A stretch of 63,726 nucleotides of DNA, counting the filler, from Octopus bimaculoides (Eukaryota): the NCBI RefSeq assembly GCF_001194135.2. It is 5 parts of 5 records of this genome, joined end to end, with 100 filler letters (N's around TTAATTAATTAA, not from the genome) between each part and the next. Parts side by side here need not be neighbours in the genome. Positions count along the whole stretch, not along the records: positions 25,656 to 53,459 come from NC_069000.1; 4 more parts are not named here. The stretch is one strand, 5' to 3'. The position numbers were made by a program, and so were the translations under genes. This document shows positions 38,668 to 52,087 of this stretch, piece by piece. Every line of letters begins with the position of its first letter. The stretch's first letter is position 1. The notes beneath the pieces are model-generated. The model worked only from the letters and a program-made list of their open reading frames with translations. It was not told where the DNA came from and did not search any database.

Positions 38668-40177
38668 AGATAAAATGAAAAAAAATTTAAATACACACGT
38701 ATACACACACGCACACAGGATTTTAAGTACATTCACACAACACGCATATATACATTTACACACACACACACACACACATATATATTTATGTATGTATGTA
38801 TATATATATACATATGTGTGATATGGATGTGCATACATATACTCAGATATCAAGATATAAAACATACATCAAAGGTCCATATGTATATCTATCTACCGAG
38901 CTATANNNNNNNNNNATGTCTGAGAACATGTGTGTGTATTCAAAGATACACACACACACACAGACACAAACATACACACATGCATGTGCACAAGCTTTTA
39001 CACATATTCACACCTATCTTGCTTTTTAACTACAGCTTCAGCTGAAGCCATGTGAAGTTCCAAAAAAAAAAAAGGGAGTAAAAGAGAACACGCACACACG
39101 CACACATCTATTAAAATCAAACACATATACACATACATACACACACATAGACATACACACAAATAAACATATGTACACTATACAAAACTTTACATTACAT
39201 GCATTTAGTTGTCAATTCAAACTTCAGATAAAAGCTTGGTTCATAAACACGCACGCACACAGACACAGGCGCACACACAGACACACGCGCACACACAGAC
39301 ACACACGCACTCTGCACAGATATTCACTTTAAGCCGTTGCGCATTTATCTTGACAGATTCATATGCATACACTCATGGACATACATATTCTGCCCCAAGA
39401 TATAAACCAGCACACACGCACAAAAAACACATCCCAAAACGATAGAAAGACACACATCACAAAACTCCACAGTCATTTATGTAGAGTTCTGCACTCCACT
39501 AAGCATAGGTACACTTACATATATACATACATGCATACATATATACATACATACATATATAAATACACACATACATACATACATACATACATATATAAAT
39601 ACATACATAAATCTATCTATCTAAGATACATACATACACACGCATACACACACGTCAAATCCCTCCATCTATACATACACACACATACATACACACACAC
39701 ACACATACATACATACATACATACATACATACATACATACATACATACATACATACATGTACATTCAGACACACGTACACACACCTTTACGTCCAACAGT
39801 TTTGCTTTAATCTTCAATTTTTGTTGTAAAATTCAAATATATTTTTCTTGTTGATTTTGGAAGTTGATTTCTCATGTTGATCATCAGTTGCTCACATGCA
39901 TATACACACAACATGCATGTGGTATTTGTGTTCCCGTGGGCACATGAGTTCATGTATGTATGTATGTATGTATGTATGTATGTATGCATGTATGTATGCA
40001 CGTATGCATGCGCGTTATGTATCGTTACATTTATCGAATTCTATTGTATATTTGTTGCACACTAATTCCTCTGTTGTTTTACAGCCGATTTTTCCATACA
40101 CTAACTCACATACATACATACGTACATACATGCATGTACACATACACACACAATCACATATATATACACATATATAA

Positions 40178-40224
<47 letters not shown>

Positions 40225-40424
40225 AATATATATGTGTGTATGTGAGTGTGTATGTGTGTGCGTGTATGTGTGTGCATGTGTGTATGAACTTATAAAACTT
40301 TTTCCAATGCAACGTGCGGCACTCTCAATCTTCAAGTTACTAACCTGGCTACTTAAATATATTTGTGCATATATGCGTGTGTAAGCATCCGTATGTGCAT
40401 GTGTGTGTGTATGAAACAGAGAGA

Positions 40425-40495
<71 letters not shown>

Positions 40496-41624
40496 TTAAC
40501 ATAGATTAAGAAAAAAATGTTACAATCCAGAGCACCCCAGCTTTCCCTCATTCAAATATAAAGTGCATCACATCGACCAATACACAGCAGTGATTAGAGG
40601 TTATTCTTGCTGTCTTCAGTAGTATCTCTGGTATTATGTTCTTACTATTTAACAACAGGTAGAACCTCTAACTCCTTTGGAATATGTCGTTCCACCCTTG
40701 TTCCTCCAGATGATTTACACACCTTGGACAACATTACTAAATGTTTTGTTTTCAAGTTGACTGGATGTGACTTAAGGAAGATTTGGTTACTAAACCTAGA
40801 AAGAAGGTCGAGCGTCCGCATCGAGACGCCCTTCGTTCTTAAGGTAAATGAGGAGATTGCTGTTATAAAAGTTTAGCTCTCGCAAAAGTCGAATTTCTGC
40901 GACAACCATTTTTTTACTTTTTCAGGTATAGCTCGGACTACAATATCTGATATGCCTTATTTTGTCTTTGAAAAAGTGCAGCTAAGATTTGAAGGAGATT
41001 TGTTTATAATTTCGCGCAAGTCTAGCGCCCACATAGAATTTGCGTCATGGTAGCTTTGGCCGCTATACTCAAAAGGCATAGTAGCAAAATTTCTAATAAA
41101 CCACAACCTACAGTCTTAAAATAGGATGTGCTGGATAATGTGATCCTGAAGTCCTTGCGGACAGAAGAGAAACTGAATGATCTCGTATGGTATTCCTATG
41201 ATCATAATTCCTCTCGATTAAGCCGAACCAGCGCTAAATGACAACAGCCCAACTATACAAACATTTCATCGAAGGTTCAAAGTTGTTGCTTAACTCTATG
41301 GCAACCCAAATTCAGCAGTAATATAATCCAAAGAAATTCAAAATTTGTTATTTCAGAGAGATTTAGTTGCTATTTCTCGAAGGTCAATAAACCACGTAGC
41401 GACCCACTTATTGTGCTGTTGCTACTGCTGCTGCAATTGTTGTTCTTGTTGTTGTTTAGCCATGGTCAGACTTGGTCCAATGGTCATGCAAGCATTAAGT
41501 GTACAAGCTCCTTTTACGAGTACCCCTGCTGTTTAATCTCAAGTCAAGCGAAATCCAGAAATATCTATGATAAAAAGATGTCCCAGCTACGACCATACCG
41601 ACCTTTCTTCCAGACTTAATGTTG

Positions 41625-41835
41625 GCTTCTAATTTTGGCACAAGGCCAGTAATTTAGGAGGAGGGGGCTAGTCGATTAAATCGACTCAAGGCGCAACTGG
41701 TACTTGTTTTTATCGACCCCGAAACGATGAAAAGTAATGTCAATCTTAGTGAAATTCGATCTCACAAAGTAAAGACGGACGAAATGCCGCTAAGCATTTT
41801 GCCTGACATGCAGCGAACGATTCTGCCAGCTCGTA
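41625..41835 (-). mobile_element. SINE family A, diverged copy
   Basis: GGCACAAGGCC tail ... TATCGACCCCGAAA ... CGATTCTGCCAGCTCG head. Confidence 0.8.
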
Positions 41836-42424
41836 GAAGCTGATATAACCAAGCAAGATAATCTACAGATGTGTGTGCGTGTGTGTGTATACGCGTGTTT
41901 GTGCGCATGTGTGTGCATATTCATGTGTGTGTGTGTGTTTAATAGTTTTTAGTTAGAAGCTGGAGTATAACGCCAATAACCTCTGTCACAGCTTTTGGGA
42001 GGCTGGTTGGAGGAAGGAACGAAGTTATTGTCGGATCTGGCTTCAACATGCTTCAAACAGATTAATTCCAACTAAAGGCATCCATGTACCAGGTAGCGGC
42101 GGGGATAATGAACCGAGAAAGAGATGGAATAAACCTACCGCTCACAGTGTGTGTGTGTGTGTGTATGCGTGTGTGGGGGGGAAGCGTGCGTATGTACGTG
42201 CGTTCATGCATGTATGTGTGTGTGTGCGTATTTAAAGGAGTCTGAGACACCACCCAAAATGGCTGTCGCTTACTCAACACATTTCTAACACAGAGCCATA
42301 TAGTTTAATCGCACGGCCCCTTGCATAAAGGGCTCTACTTAGATTTCTGTAGCATTATGTGCTAAGCGCGAACACACAGACACACACGTAATTTGTACCC
42401 TACATATATACACACACGTTTGAG

Positions 42425-42455
<31 letters not shown>

Positions 42456-42472
42456 TATGTGTGTGTGTGTAC

Positions 42473-42504
<32 letters not shown>

Positions 42505-42650
42505 GTGTGTGCGCGTGTTGTGCTCTTTTACCCTTTTCCCCGTCGGTTGTGACTATATTGAATATAAGTTTTATTAAGTCGGTGAGTCCAACAAAAACGG
42601 TTTTCTTGGACTTACTGCGCCAGTAAAACGTTCCACTCATTATTTATAGG

Positions 42651-42703
<53 letters not shown>

Positions 42704-43094
42704 CTCGTCCTTTATTTAACCTCTTTCTCGCTTCCTGTCTCTCCTTTTATATCAATGCATACATGCTCATGTGTGTGAGAGAGAGAGAGAGAGAGCCCGC
42801 GTGCGTGACTGTACAAGAATTATTGTTCAGTTACCTAACACTTCTTTCTCTCTTTCCTTTTTCTCTCTCCTGCTTTCTCTCTATATATGCCTAGAAAGAG
42901 AGGGAAAGGGAGGGGGGAGAGTGAGAGTAGAGAGTGAATAAGGGGGAGTGAGAGAGAACAGCGATAAAAGATGTAATCTTCTTGCGTTTTTCTTCGACTC
43001 CATGTTACCGCTTTTTCCACAATCGGTAACGTAAAACTTGGTGTAACGATGGTGTAAAATGACACTTTTAATTTCTGTTATTAATACTAATTAA

Positions 43095-43265
43095 GGCGGC
43101 AAGCTAGCAGGATCGTTAGCGTGTCGCACGAAATGCTTAGCGGCATTTCTCCCGGCTTTACGCTCTGAGTTCAAATGCCGCCAAAGTCGGGTTTACTTTT
43201 CGCCCTCTCGGAGTGATGTCAACGACTACCCTCCCTCCAAAACTTCAGACCGTGTGTCTACACTG
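43095..43265 (+). mobile_element. SINE family A, diverged copy
   Basis: AAGGCGGCAAGCTAGCAGGATCGTTAGC...GAAATGCTTAGCGGCATTTC...GAGTTCAAAT. Confidence 0.75.
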
Positions 43266-43591
43266 GAAAAGGATTTCAGCTTCTAATTACAGTGATGTGT
43301 TGATAGAACCGTTAGACTATTTTGGCAAAAAGACAGAACATCAAACAAAATTGCCATGTGGTTTTATGGTCTTTGACGTTCCGAGTTCACATCCTACCTT
43401 TGTCATGTCTGCTTTTTATCTCCCATGGCTCTACAAAAGAAAGCATTAATAAAATACTAAATTCGAAATATTCTAGTTGACCATTCCTCTTTTTGCCTAA
43501 GTTACAAAGGTCATTGATAACCCTGCCTCATCTATTGAGAAATGTTCTTGTCCTATATACATACACATATATATACTTATATAAACGTATT

Positions 43592-43630
<39 letters not shown>

Positions 43631-43983
43631 ATAAATGGAGAGTAGATAGACAGTCGACACCTGATGAAGGGTCGTTCTTTGTATTCTTTGTATTAATTGT
43701 TTTTTCCACTTTTTTCTCTCTTTATTTGTGTATTTAACTTATTTGTTTTCGTATTTCATGTTGTTTACTGTTGGTGGCATCTTGTACCTATCTTTGCATA
43801 TTTATATATACACATATATATATANNNNNNNNNNNNNNNNNNNNNNNNNNNNNNNNNNNNNNNNNNNNNNNNNNNNNNNNNNNNNNNNNNNNNNNNNNNN
43901 NNNNNNNNNNNNNNNNNNNNNNNNNNNNNNNNNNNNNNNNNNNNNNNNNNNNNNNNNNNNNNATATATATCTAGATAGATAGG

Positions 43984-44061
<78 letters not shown>

Positions 44062-45464
44062 TACATGCACACATGCACTCCCACTTCGGCAGCTCATTCA
44101 ACCAATAAAAGCATACGCTCATGTTGATATTTACAGCGTTATTGTCAACTTGTTAATTAATTAATTAATTAATAATTTAATTAATTAATTGTTGATTAGT
44201 TCATCAAAGTACCGCACAGTTTGACTGAAACACAAACTGCATAGTTTTGTAGTGAATTTCTTAATCATGCAACCAAGCTTTTTCGTTAATTATTCGTTAA
44301 TTATTGTCCGAATCACAAACACCCAACCCTAGTATTTTATCACTGGCTTTCATTTGCATTAAGTAGATGTAACAATCTCCTTGTTGAGCACAGCAAACTA
44401 ACAAACCACCCATTGAACCAACAGTATTCCTCCTATCTGTAGCTGGGTTGTCCCTAATCATATGTCTCTTCACTGGAGATTTACATGTCAACTAGGGGGC
44501 TTCCTCGGCAGAGATGAGAAGCCTAATTAGTACAAAGAGGAAATTGCAAATACATGATAAACTACGAGAGCGTACATTTACTAACAATCTGACTTATAAA
44601 ATTTAACAAATTGTTTGGTATTTAGTATTATGCTCTATTATTGTTTTTGGTATAATGCCGAGATTTTAGTGATTACGTCAGCAAGCAGTTTCAAATTTGC
44701 AGACGAGGAAAGAGTTTAGCAGCCCTACACTATAAACTCATTAGAGCTGGAAAAAATAGCAGTCCAAGACTTCCTCAAATCATTCTCTACCATAAAAAGT
44801 AAAATATGGAAAGTAACGTTGGATAAAGGTCCTGCCTCGAGTGGGCGCAATTGGAATATTTTTGATTTTAAGTATGCCCCAGCGACGGCTAACTGGCGGA
44901 TTAAACAACCAACCGGGAGAAATCGTCCAACCTTAACTTGCTAAGCATATGAGGTGCAGTGATATTTACAATGTAACTCGTACGACAGCTGTCACTCAGG
45001 TGCCGACAAATATTTGACAATTTCAAAAGTCAACAAGCGTTGGATACTGAAATAGTATGTAGTAAACACCAAATGTTGGCACTGTTGTGCCTCTAAAGAG
45101 TATCTTGTACCGGCATAGGTTCCTATTCAATTCGGATCTTGTAACTTATAAAACCTGCCCACAGTCTACGACTTGAGAGTCCTCTGGATATTTTGAGTAT
45201 ATCTGCTAAAACTTTCATTACTCATACTTGCCGCTGACACTTTATAGAATGTAGGTTTTGATGTTCTGCCAGTTGTTGACTAGCAGTGGTCTATGAACAC
45301 CTGGAAACATAGGAGATGTCAATCTCCTATCCTCAGTCTATGTTTAACTCAGAAAGTACGTTAAAGAAAATTGCTGTTAAAACGTGTCTAATAGGCATCG
45401 GCCACATACACACGTATGCACAATGTATGCATGCGTGCACGCACGCACACACACACACACACAC

Positions 45465-45516
<52 letters not shown>

Positions 45517-45908
45517 AGACACTGAAGCAACATTGGTTTATTCATACAAATACACGCAATTCACTTTCACAATCTGTTGAAGCATATGGCGCAATTGTTT
45601 TCCTTACTTAAACTGGCGCCATCTGGTGATATATATATTGTAAGTTAGCTGAAACATCACAGCACCGTATTAAAAAACTGCATTCTTGATGCAGTTGAGA
45701 TTGCAAGCAACAGTTGCAAACTGGTAATATTGGGGTTATAATTATGGCGTAATTTGTCATGTTAGAATGCAGGTTAAGATGCAACATGACACATTAAGCT
45801 TCTAAAAGTAACATTCGGTTTCCATATGGTTTGCTATATTCAGCTACTCACCTCGGGTTTTGTGCGTAGTATGCTATGTTATGCACGCAGTAAAACATTA
45901 AATGCCAA

Positions 45909-46125
45909 GTATAAAAGATTATGTGTTCAGCAAAATAACGTGTGTAGTATAAAAGATAATGTATCCATTATTTATTGATTAAGTGCACAGTATAAGAGAT
46001 TATATGTTCCTTATAATAGACTGAGTGAGCAGTATAATAGATCACTTGTTCTTTATAAATGCTTAAGCGAGCAGTATAAGAGATCACTTGTGCGGTATAA
46101 TAGCTTAAATGTACTGTATAATTGA
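45909..46125. repeat. Degenerate ~21-bp minisatellite (21/42-bp periodicity)
   Basis: GTATAA(A/G/T)AGAT-type anchors at 45909, 45947, 45990, 46032, 46074, 46095 and 46116, with half-unit TTATAA anchors at about 46011 and about 46053. Confidence 0.7.
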
Positions 46126-46312
46126 TTGTGTGAGTTGTGTAAATAAGTTGAATGTGCAGCTAAACACTTCAAAATGCAGTTTGTTACAACAGGATAAACA
46201 TGGTGCTACATTGGATTCACACATCTGAGTTCAATTCAAATACGATATTATAAAATGCTATAGCCTACATGCTGTGTAGGCTCTAGCTTCTAGCTTATGC
46301 GCGGAATAGGTT

Positions 46313-46360
46313 ACATGTCTTACTCCATCCCAAGTTAAGTTGGGATGGAGTAAGACATGT
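46313..46360. repeat. Perfect 21-bp inverted repeat with 6-nt loop
   Basis: ACATGTCTTACTCCATCCCAA-gttaag-TTGGGATGGAGTAAGACATGT. Confidence 0.95.
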
Positions 46361-46729
46361 TGTTGTTGTTGGCACTCCGTCGCTTACGACGTCGTGGGTT
46401 CCAGTTGATCCGATCAACGGAACAGCCTGCTCGTGAAATTAACGTGCAAGTGGCTGAGCACTCCACAGACACGTGTACCCTTAACGTAGTTCTTGGGGAT
46501 ATTCAGCGTGACACAATGTGACAAGGCTGACCCTTTTGCATTACAGGCACAACAGAAACAGGAAGTAAGAGTGAGAGAAAGTTGTGGTGAAAGAGTACAA
46601 CAGGGGTCGCCACCAACCCCTGCCGGAACCTCGTGGAGCTTTAGGTGTTTTCGCTCAATAAACACTCACAACGCCCGGTCTGGGAATCGAAACCGCGATC
46701 CTATGACCGCGGGTCCGCTGCGCCTCCAC
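46361..46729 (-). mobile_element. tRNA-headed SINE family B variant, near full length
   Basis: Minus strand runs GTGGAGGCGCA..GGTTTCGATTCCCAGACC head to a tail ending GACGGAGTGCC(AAC)n. Confidence 0.85.
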
Positions 46730-47779
46730 AGTAAGACATGTAGCGTGTTTTATAATGAACATTTACATAAAAATTCGTACATATTGGCGGTGCTCCAGCA
46801 TGACCACAGCCTTTGGGCTGAAACATATAAGAGCAATATAAAAGAAATAAAACAAATATCGTTATAGATTATACTAAAGTTAAGTTGTAATATAACTTCA
46901 TAGGCTAATACTATTTTATATTTTAGTCTGTTATGGCGAAGCTGATATTCAGCTTGGAAAATTCTGCTGGTTGTTTCTTTTTTTAGAAAAGCCAAAGTTG
47001 ACGGGAAGTTCTAGATGAGTTCTTGGTAGTGGAAGACGCGTACCCTAGTAGCTAGAATACTGAGGTCATGATCGTTAGGCTGTAGCTTCGATTCTTAGAC
47101 CGGCGTTGCGTTGTTTATTCTTCAGCAAAACTTGTCATCCCACCTTGCTCCCGTCAATTCATGTGAAACTGAACAACAGCAGCGTTATTCCTGCTATAGA
47201 TTAATGTCCTGTTCAGGGAGGGGTTCTAGTATTGACAATCACCAAAGTACCTCGAAAACTTGAATACACCCTGGTTTCACGAAGCTATAGAACTAGTGAA
47301 TGAAGGGAGTGTTTATCAGGGAATTATTAGAAATAACGAGAACTAGACAGAAAGTGAATCGCAGGAGGTAGACATCTTGCTAGCTGAGAAGATTACTTTT
47401 GCAGGAAAGGTAGAATAGGAAGCAGTTGGCAAAAAACATGTCTGTGCATTTGTGGTGTGTTGGTGAAGGAAGTTTTAGACACACATTCGGATTAGAATTT
47501 TTATGTAATCTGAGATGTATTTGTGTTTGTGGTAGAAACGATTGTCCAAGATATTTTCTACAACATTCTAATGAAAGAGAAAGAAAGGAGATAAAACGAA
47601 GTTTTGGCAGCTCTTCGGGAGTGAAGATATTTTGGAACTAAAGAGAACACTTGTTTGAGATAAAGCTTTTGTTTATGTCATAATATATGACAGTGGCTTT
47701 GTCCCAAATATGTAAATTGCGTGCTTGCTTACGTTGTATCATTGGAGGTCTTCAACTATTCATGGTCAAAGTAGTTTCT

Positions 47780-48002
47780 TATTTATTTATTGCCCACAAG
47801 GGGCTAAACATAGAGGGGACAAACAAGGACAGACAAAGGGATTAAGTCGATTACATCGACCCCAGTGCGCAACTGGTACTTAATTTATCGACCCCGAAAG
47901 GATGAAAGGCAAGCTTGACCTCGGCGGAATTTGCACTCAGAACGTAACGGTAGACGAAATACCGCTAAGCATTTCGCCCGGCGTGCTAACGTTTCTGCCA
48001 GC
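47780..48002 (-). mobile_element. Young SINE family A copy with 14-bp TSD
   Basis: TCAAAGTAGTTTCT at 47766-47779 and 48003-48016 flanks a near-consensus copy. Confidence 0.92.
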
Positions 48003-48211
48003 TCAAAGTAGTTTCTGAGATGTACTTTCCGAGGATTTACTAATTATTTGATATTGCAGCTTAGAAGCATTAGCGTCGCTGGTTACATTTTTTCAATGTA
48101 ACCGGTCACTACTTCAGTCGATTTCTGGCAGCGCAAAGAGACAAAGGAATGTCTCTAACTCAATATATACATTCGAAACATATACATACAAACATGAAAA
48201 ATACATATAAA

Positions 48212-48365
48212 CTGGCACTCCGTCGGTTACGACAAGGAGGAATCCAGTTGATCCGACCAACGGAACAGCCTGCTCGAGAAATTAACGTGCAACTATCTGA
48301 GCACTCCACAGACATGCGTACCCTTAACCTAGTTCTCGGGGAGAGCCAATCTGGCACAGAATGTG
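48212..48365 (-). mobile_element. SINE family B, 5'-truncated
   Basis: CTGGCACTCCGTCGGTTACGAC...GAGCACTCCACAGACA...GTTCTCGGGGAGA. Confidence 0.8.
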
Positions 48366-48729
48366 AAAAGCCTGAAAAATACACATATATATGCAAACAA
48401 GAATATATATATATACACATACACACGTGCATATATATATTTCTTATGACTACGTTACTTTTCATTTCTATACATGCTGTTTACTTTTAAGACTTGCCAA
48501 CTGAAAAGAAAATGCTTTGCTGATGAGATCTAATAAGAATAAAACATACCCATTGCTTTAAAGACACGATGCACATAGAGCGGTTATCCGTAGTTGGTTT
48601 TCAGAAGACTCCCTTGAAGTACTTGACACCTCCTTCACTTTTGGAGTTGGCATCAACTGCTACAAAGTCAACTGTTCAATCCTCTCTAGAAGTAGAGATA
48701 ATTTCAATAAATCAAAAGTTTATCTCGTA

Positions 48730-48822
48730 TATTTATTTATTTATTGCTCACAGGGGGCTAAACAAGGACAGACAAATGGATTAAGTCGATTACATCGACC
48801 TCAGGACGTAACAGGTACTAAC
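48730..48822 (-). mobile_element. SINE family A 3' fragment
   Basis: TTTATTGCTCACAGGGGGCTAAAC..GGACAGACAAATGGATTAAGTCGATTACATCGAC. Confidence 0.75.
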
Positions 48823-51335
48823 TTTTATATTGTAAGTTTTGGCTAATTTTTGACATGAGGTCATCACTAAATATCATCAAAGACCATGAGTCTAAGAGTA
48901 TGCAGCACGGAGATCTATTCTGTATCTGATATTTTATTCTGACACAAAATTCGGTTTCCACATGTGGAGAGTATTCCACTAACAGCTGGCTTAGCTTGCA
49001 ATCAGTATGCATTGTAACTGGTTTTAGCCTGCAGAATTGCATGCAATACACAGAAACTTCGCAATTTTTTAAATGCATTAAAAGTTAAAATTATGTTAAC
49101 ATGCAGTTTGTGTCTAATTACAAGTTAACATGAAATTATAATTTTATTTAAAGTTAGTTAATTAATATGCGATTTAGAAGCAATATATTGAAAGTTGCCA
49201 TGCAGTTACAATGCAATTAAAAACAAGGAAACTTTCAACTAATATACAATATGTTGCATCTAAGAGAATGAAGATGCAATGTGCAATTGAATACCATATA
49301 CTGCAGGTTTGTGAATGTATAATACTATAGACGGCTATCTAATGTACAACTATTTAATATACACATTAAGGTACAATGCAGTATATTGTAATGTAGTATA
49401 CATATGTATTATAATTTAATTAGTTACAATAATGTTGATTAATTATAATAATGTTAATAATGTGAATATCTAACTTGGCAAATGGCGACACATTTTGGGG
49501 AGAAAACAATCAGTTGAATCGATCCCAGTATATATATATTATACTCTGGGAATGATCAAAGGTAAAGTTAGCCCCAGCAGAATTTGAACTAAAGATCACA
49601 AAATTCCACGCTCTATCAATTTCGCCTTTGCGCTGCTCTATTATGTCACGTTGTAGCTATGTTCATGATGTGACTAGACTGCAATTTAGCGTTCAGTGAG
49701 CGGTTAGACTTCAGATGAAATTGGAGAACTTGGATACTTTATATATCATATAAGACTGTAGTTTTACACTTTAGACTGCAAGAGAATATCACATCGATTG
49801 ACTAATTAGACTGCACACTTCCTGAAGTGTGCAGTGTGACCTATTACTTAACAATTATGTTGAATGTTGACCCTTTAACGAGTAACTTCAATAGAACATT
49901 AAGGTAACAGTTTGATAGGTTGACTGTTAATCACTGAAGAATGCAATATAGCAGGCATATTAAAATGCAATGGTAGTGTAAAATTCATAAGCTGTGTGTT
50001 ATGATGCAGTATGGCGTCAGTCATAGCTGAACATTTTAATTTATCATAGAAAAAATGAAATTGTAAGTTAACAGCAGTGCTGTAACACAGTAAGATTAAC
50101 TCGTATAGTGTTGAATATCTATAATATTTTATGATTGAAAGTTATGATGTTGCTGCCTGACTAGAATTACAGTTGCAAGTTTCAGTGCTGCAAAGCAACT
50201 GAGATAGTGAATCACAGCATTTGTAACTGCAAGTTTCGATGATGCATGATATTTATGACAGCAAATATGTTACTTCACAACAAACGGGTCTATAAGTCAC
50301 AGTGCAGCATAACATTTGAGACTGCAACTTAAACAGAACATTAGTTTGATATCTGAAACTGTAGAATATAAATGGTCTATTTTATTCTTAATAATGGTTG
50401 AATGCAAATATTCATACAAAACCAGAAACGTATTTTATAATTAATGAGTTTTGAAATAATGTAATGGTTAAGTGTATGCTTTGAGGACGCAAGTGAAATA
50501 ACACAGTAGTTGCAGTAGTAGTAAGGAGACATGCAATGTAACAGTGTGTCGCTGCATCCGCCATTTGTTGGTGACTCCCTACTCCAGGAGGATGACACCT
50601 TTCCGCCACTCAGGCAACAACCCTCCAACCCATAGATCTGTTTGGGTAGTCATTGCTGGTGAGGGTTTTACGTGGTCAGAGTGCAAATCCTACCTCAACA
50701 TCTTGTAGTCGCCTTTTACCACATGCAGAGGAAACGTTGGGTCTATTCTTTAATATGCCGATTCTCACTTTCCATTCACATTTTTAACCATTGCCATTAT
50801 TTAGCACCTGGTTATTTCTGCTGATTGATCAAACATTTGATCAAAAGAATTCCATCTGTAATTTTCAGCTGTTTAGATATCTAAGATGTATCTAGCCTGT
50901 GATTTGCGGAAGCTTTGGTGACTAGTTCTAGTAAATTGAGTGACCTGCAAGAAGCAGTTTACAAGTTACGATCTTTTGTTGGCTTGTTTGTATTTTAGCC
51001 AACAAATAAGGTGATGGATTGGTACAAACGGCTGAGCAAAGTAAATATTTTGCATCACTTGGTTTCGCTTCTTATCATTTACAGATCAAATCGTACGGCG
51101 ATCAACAAAGAAGAAAATACAAATTATATACAGGGAGTGATTCAGAAACCTAGATATGATTGCTTTCCTTCATAAGATCATGACACGCAGAAAATACAGC
51201 ATTCAATAGCAAGTAAATAGCCTTACTTGACCGACGAAAAGTTTGGTAGAGGATATAAGCGAATGGGATAGGCTAACTTGGATGTAGCACTCTATTTGTT
51301 TACCGACTGACAAGAAGATAAAGAGAGGGAGAAAG

Positions 51336-51372
<37 letters not shown>

Positions 51373-51382
51373 NNNNNNNNNN

Positions 51383-51425
<43 letters not shown>

Positions 51426-52087
51426 TATGTTTTGTGAATCAGAGTTTGTTTCTGTTTGCTTGATCTTTTTTAGTGATTTGATTTGAAGGAAAAAGCTGTG
51501 CCTAGAATTCCCAGGACCCCAGGACGAGCAACATCGATCCATTCAACGGCTTCTTAGACACATACCGGTGGGAAGGGGTTCCTATTGAGAGATTGGTGAA
51601 TGGGGTTCTCTTATCAATCGGATGGCAGTGCTTTGCTTGTTGCTAATTTTAGAGCATTTAAAAAAAAAAAGCTTGTGCGCTCAGTAGCTGCACCTCACCT
51701 GATATTGTTACTTCTCGTACTGCAAGGCAAAAATTTTTTCTTTACCACGTTGAGTTGAGCAGAATTTAAAGAACGAAAATAGGAGACCAATGATAGCCTT
51801 CTGCATAAGTCATCTCGGACTGCTTAGCTATATTACTCTCCATCTCTGTGTTGATTGCTCTATATTTTTGACATATGTATCAAGTATAATGCCATACGAA
51901 CACACACATCTTCTTTCAGCTAGTTTGGTATATATATATATACCAGACTTTCTGAGAAACAGTCTAACATACTAAGGTGAACTGATGTCACCAATCCAAT
52001 TAATAACATACAGTTGAGTAGAAAGATGCCAGCACAGTGAATCTTAAAGTCCAAAGAGAGAGGAAAGGAGCCTCTCTTACTTCAATA

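Noticed and set aside
43655-43690. GACAC-CTGATGA-AGG hammerhead half-motif
   Set aside because: No helix II partner or GAAA follows. At most a Penelope pLTR remnant.
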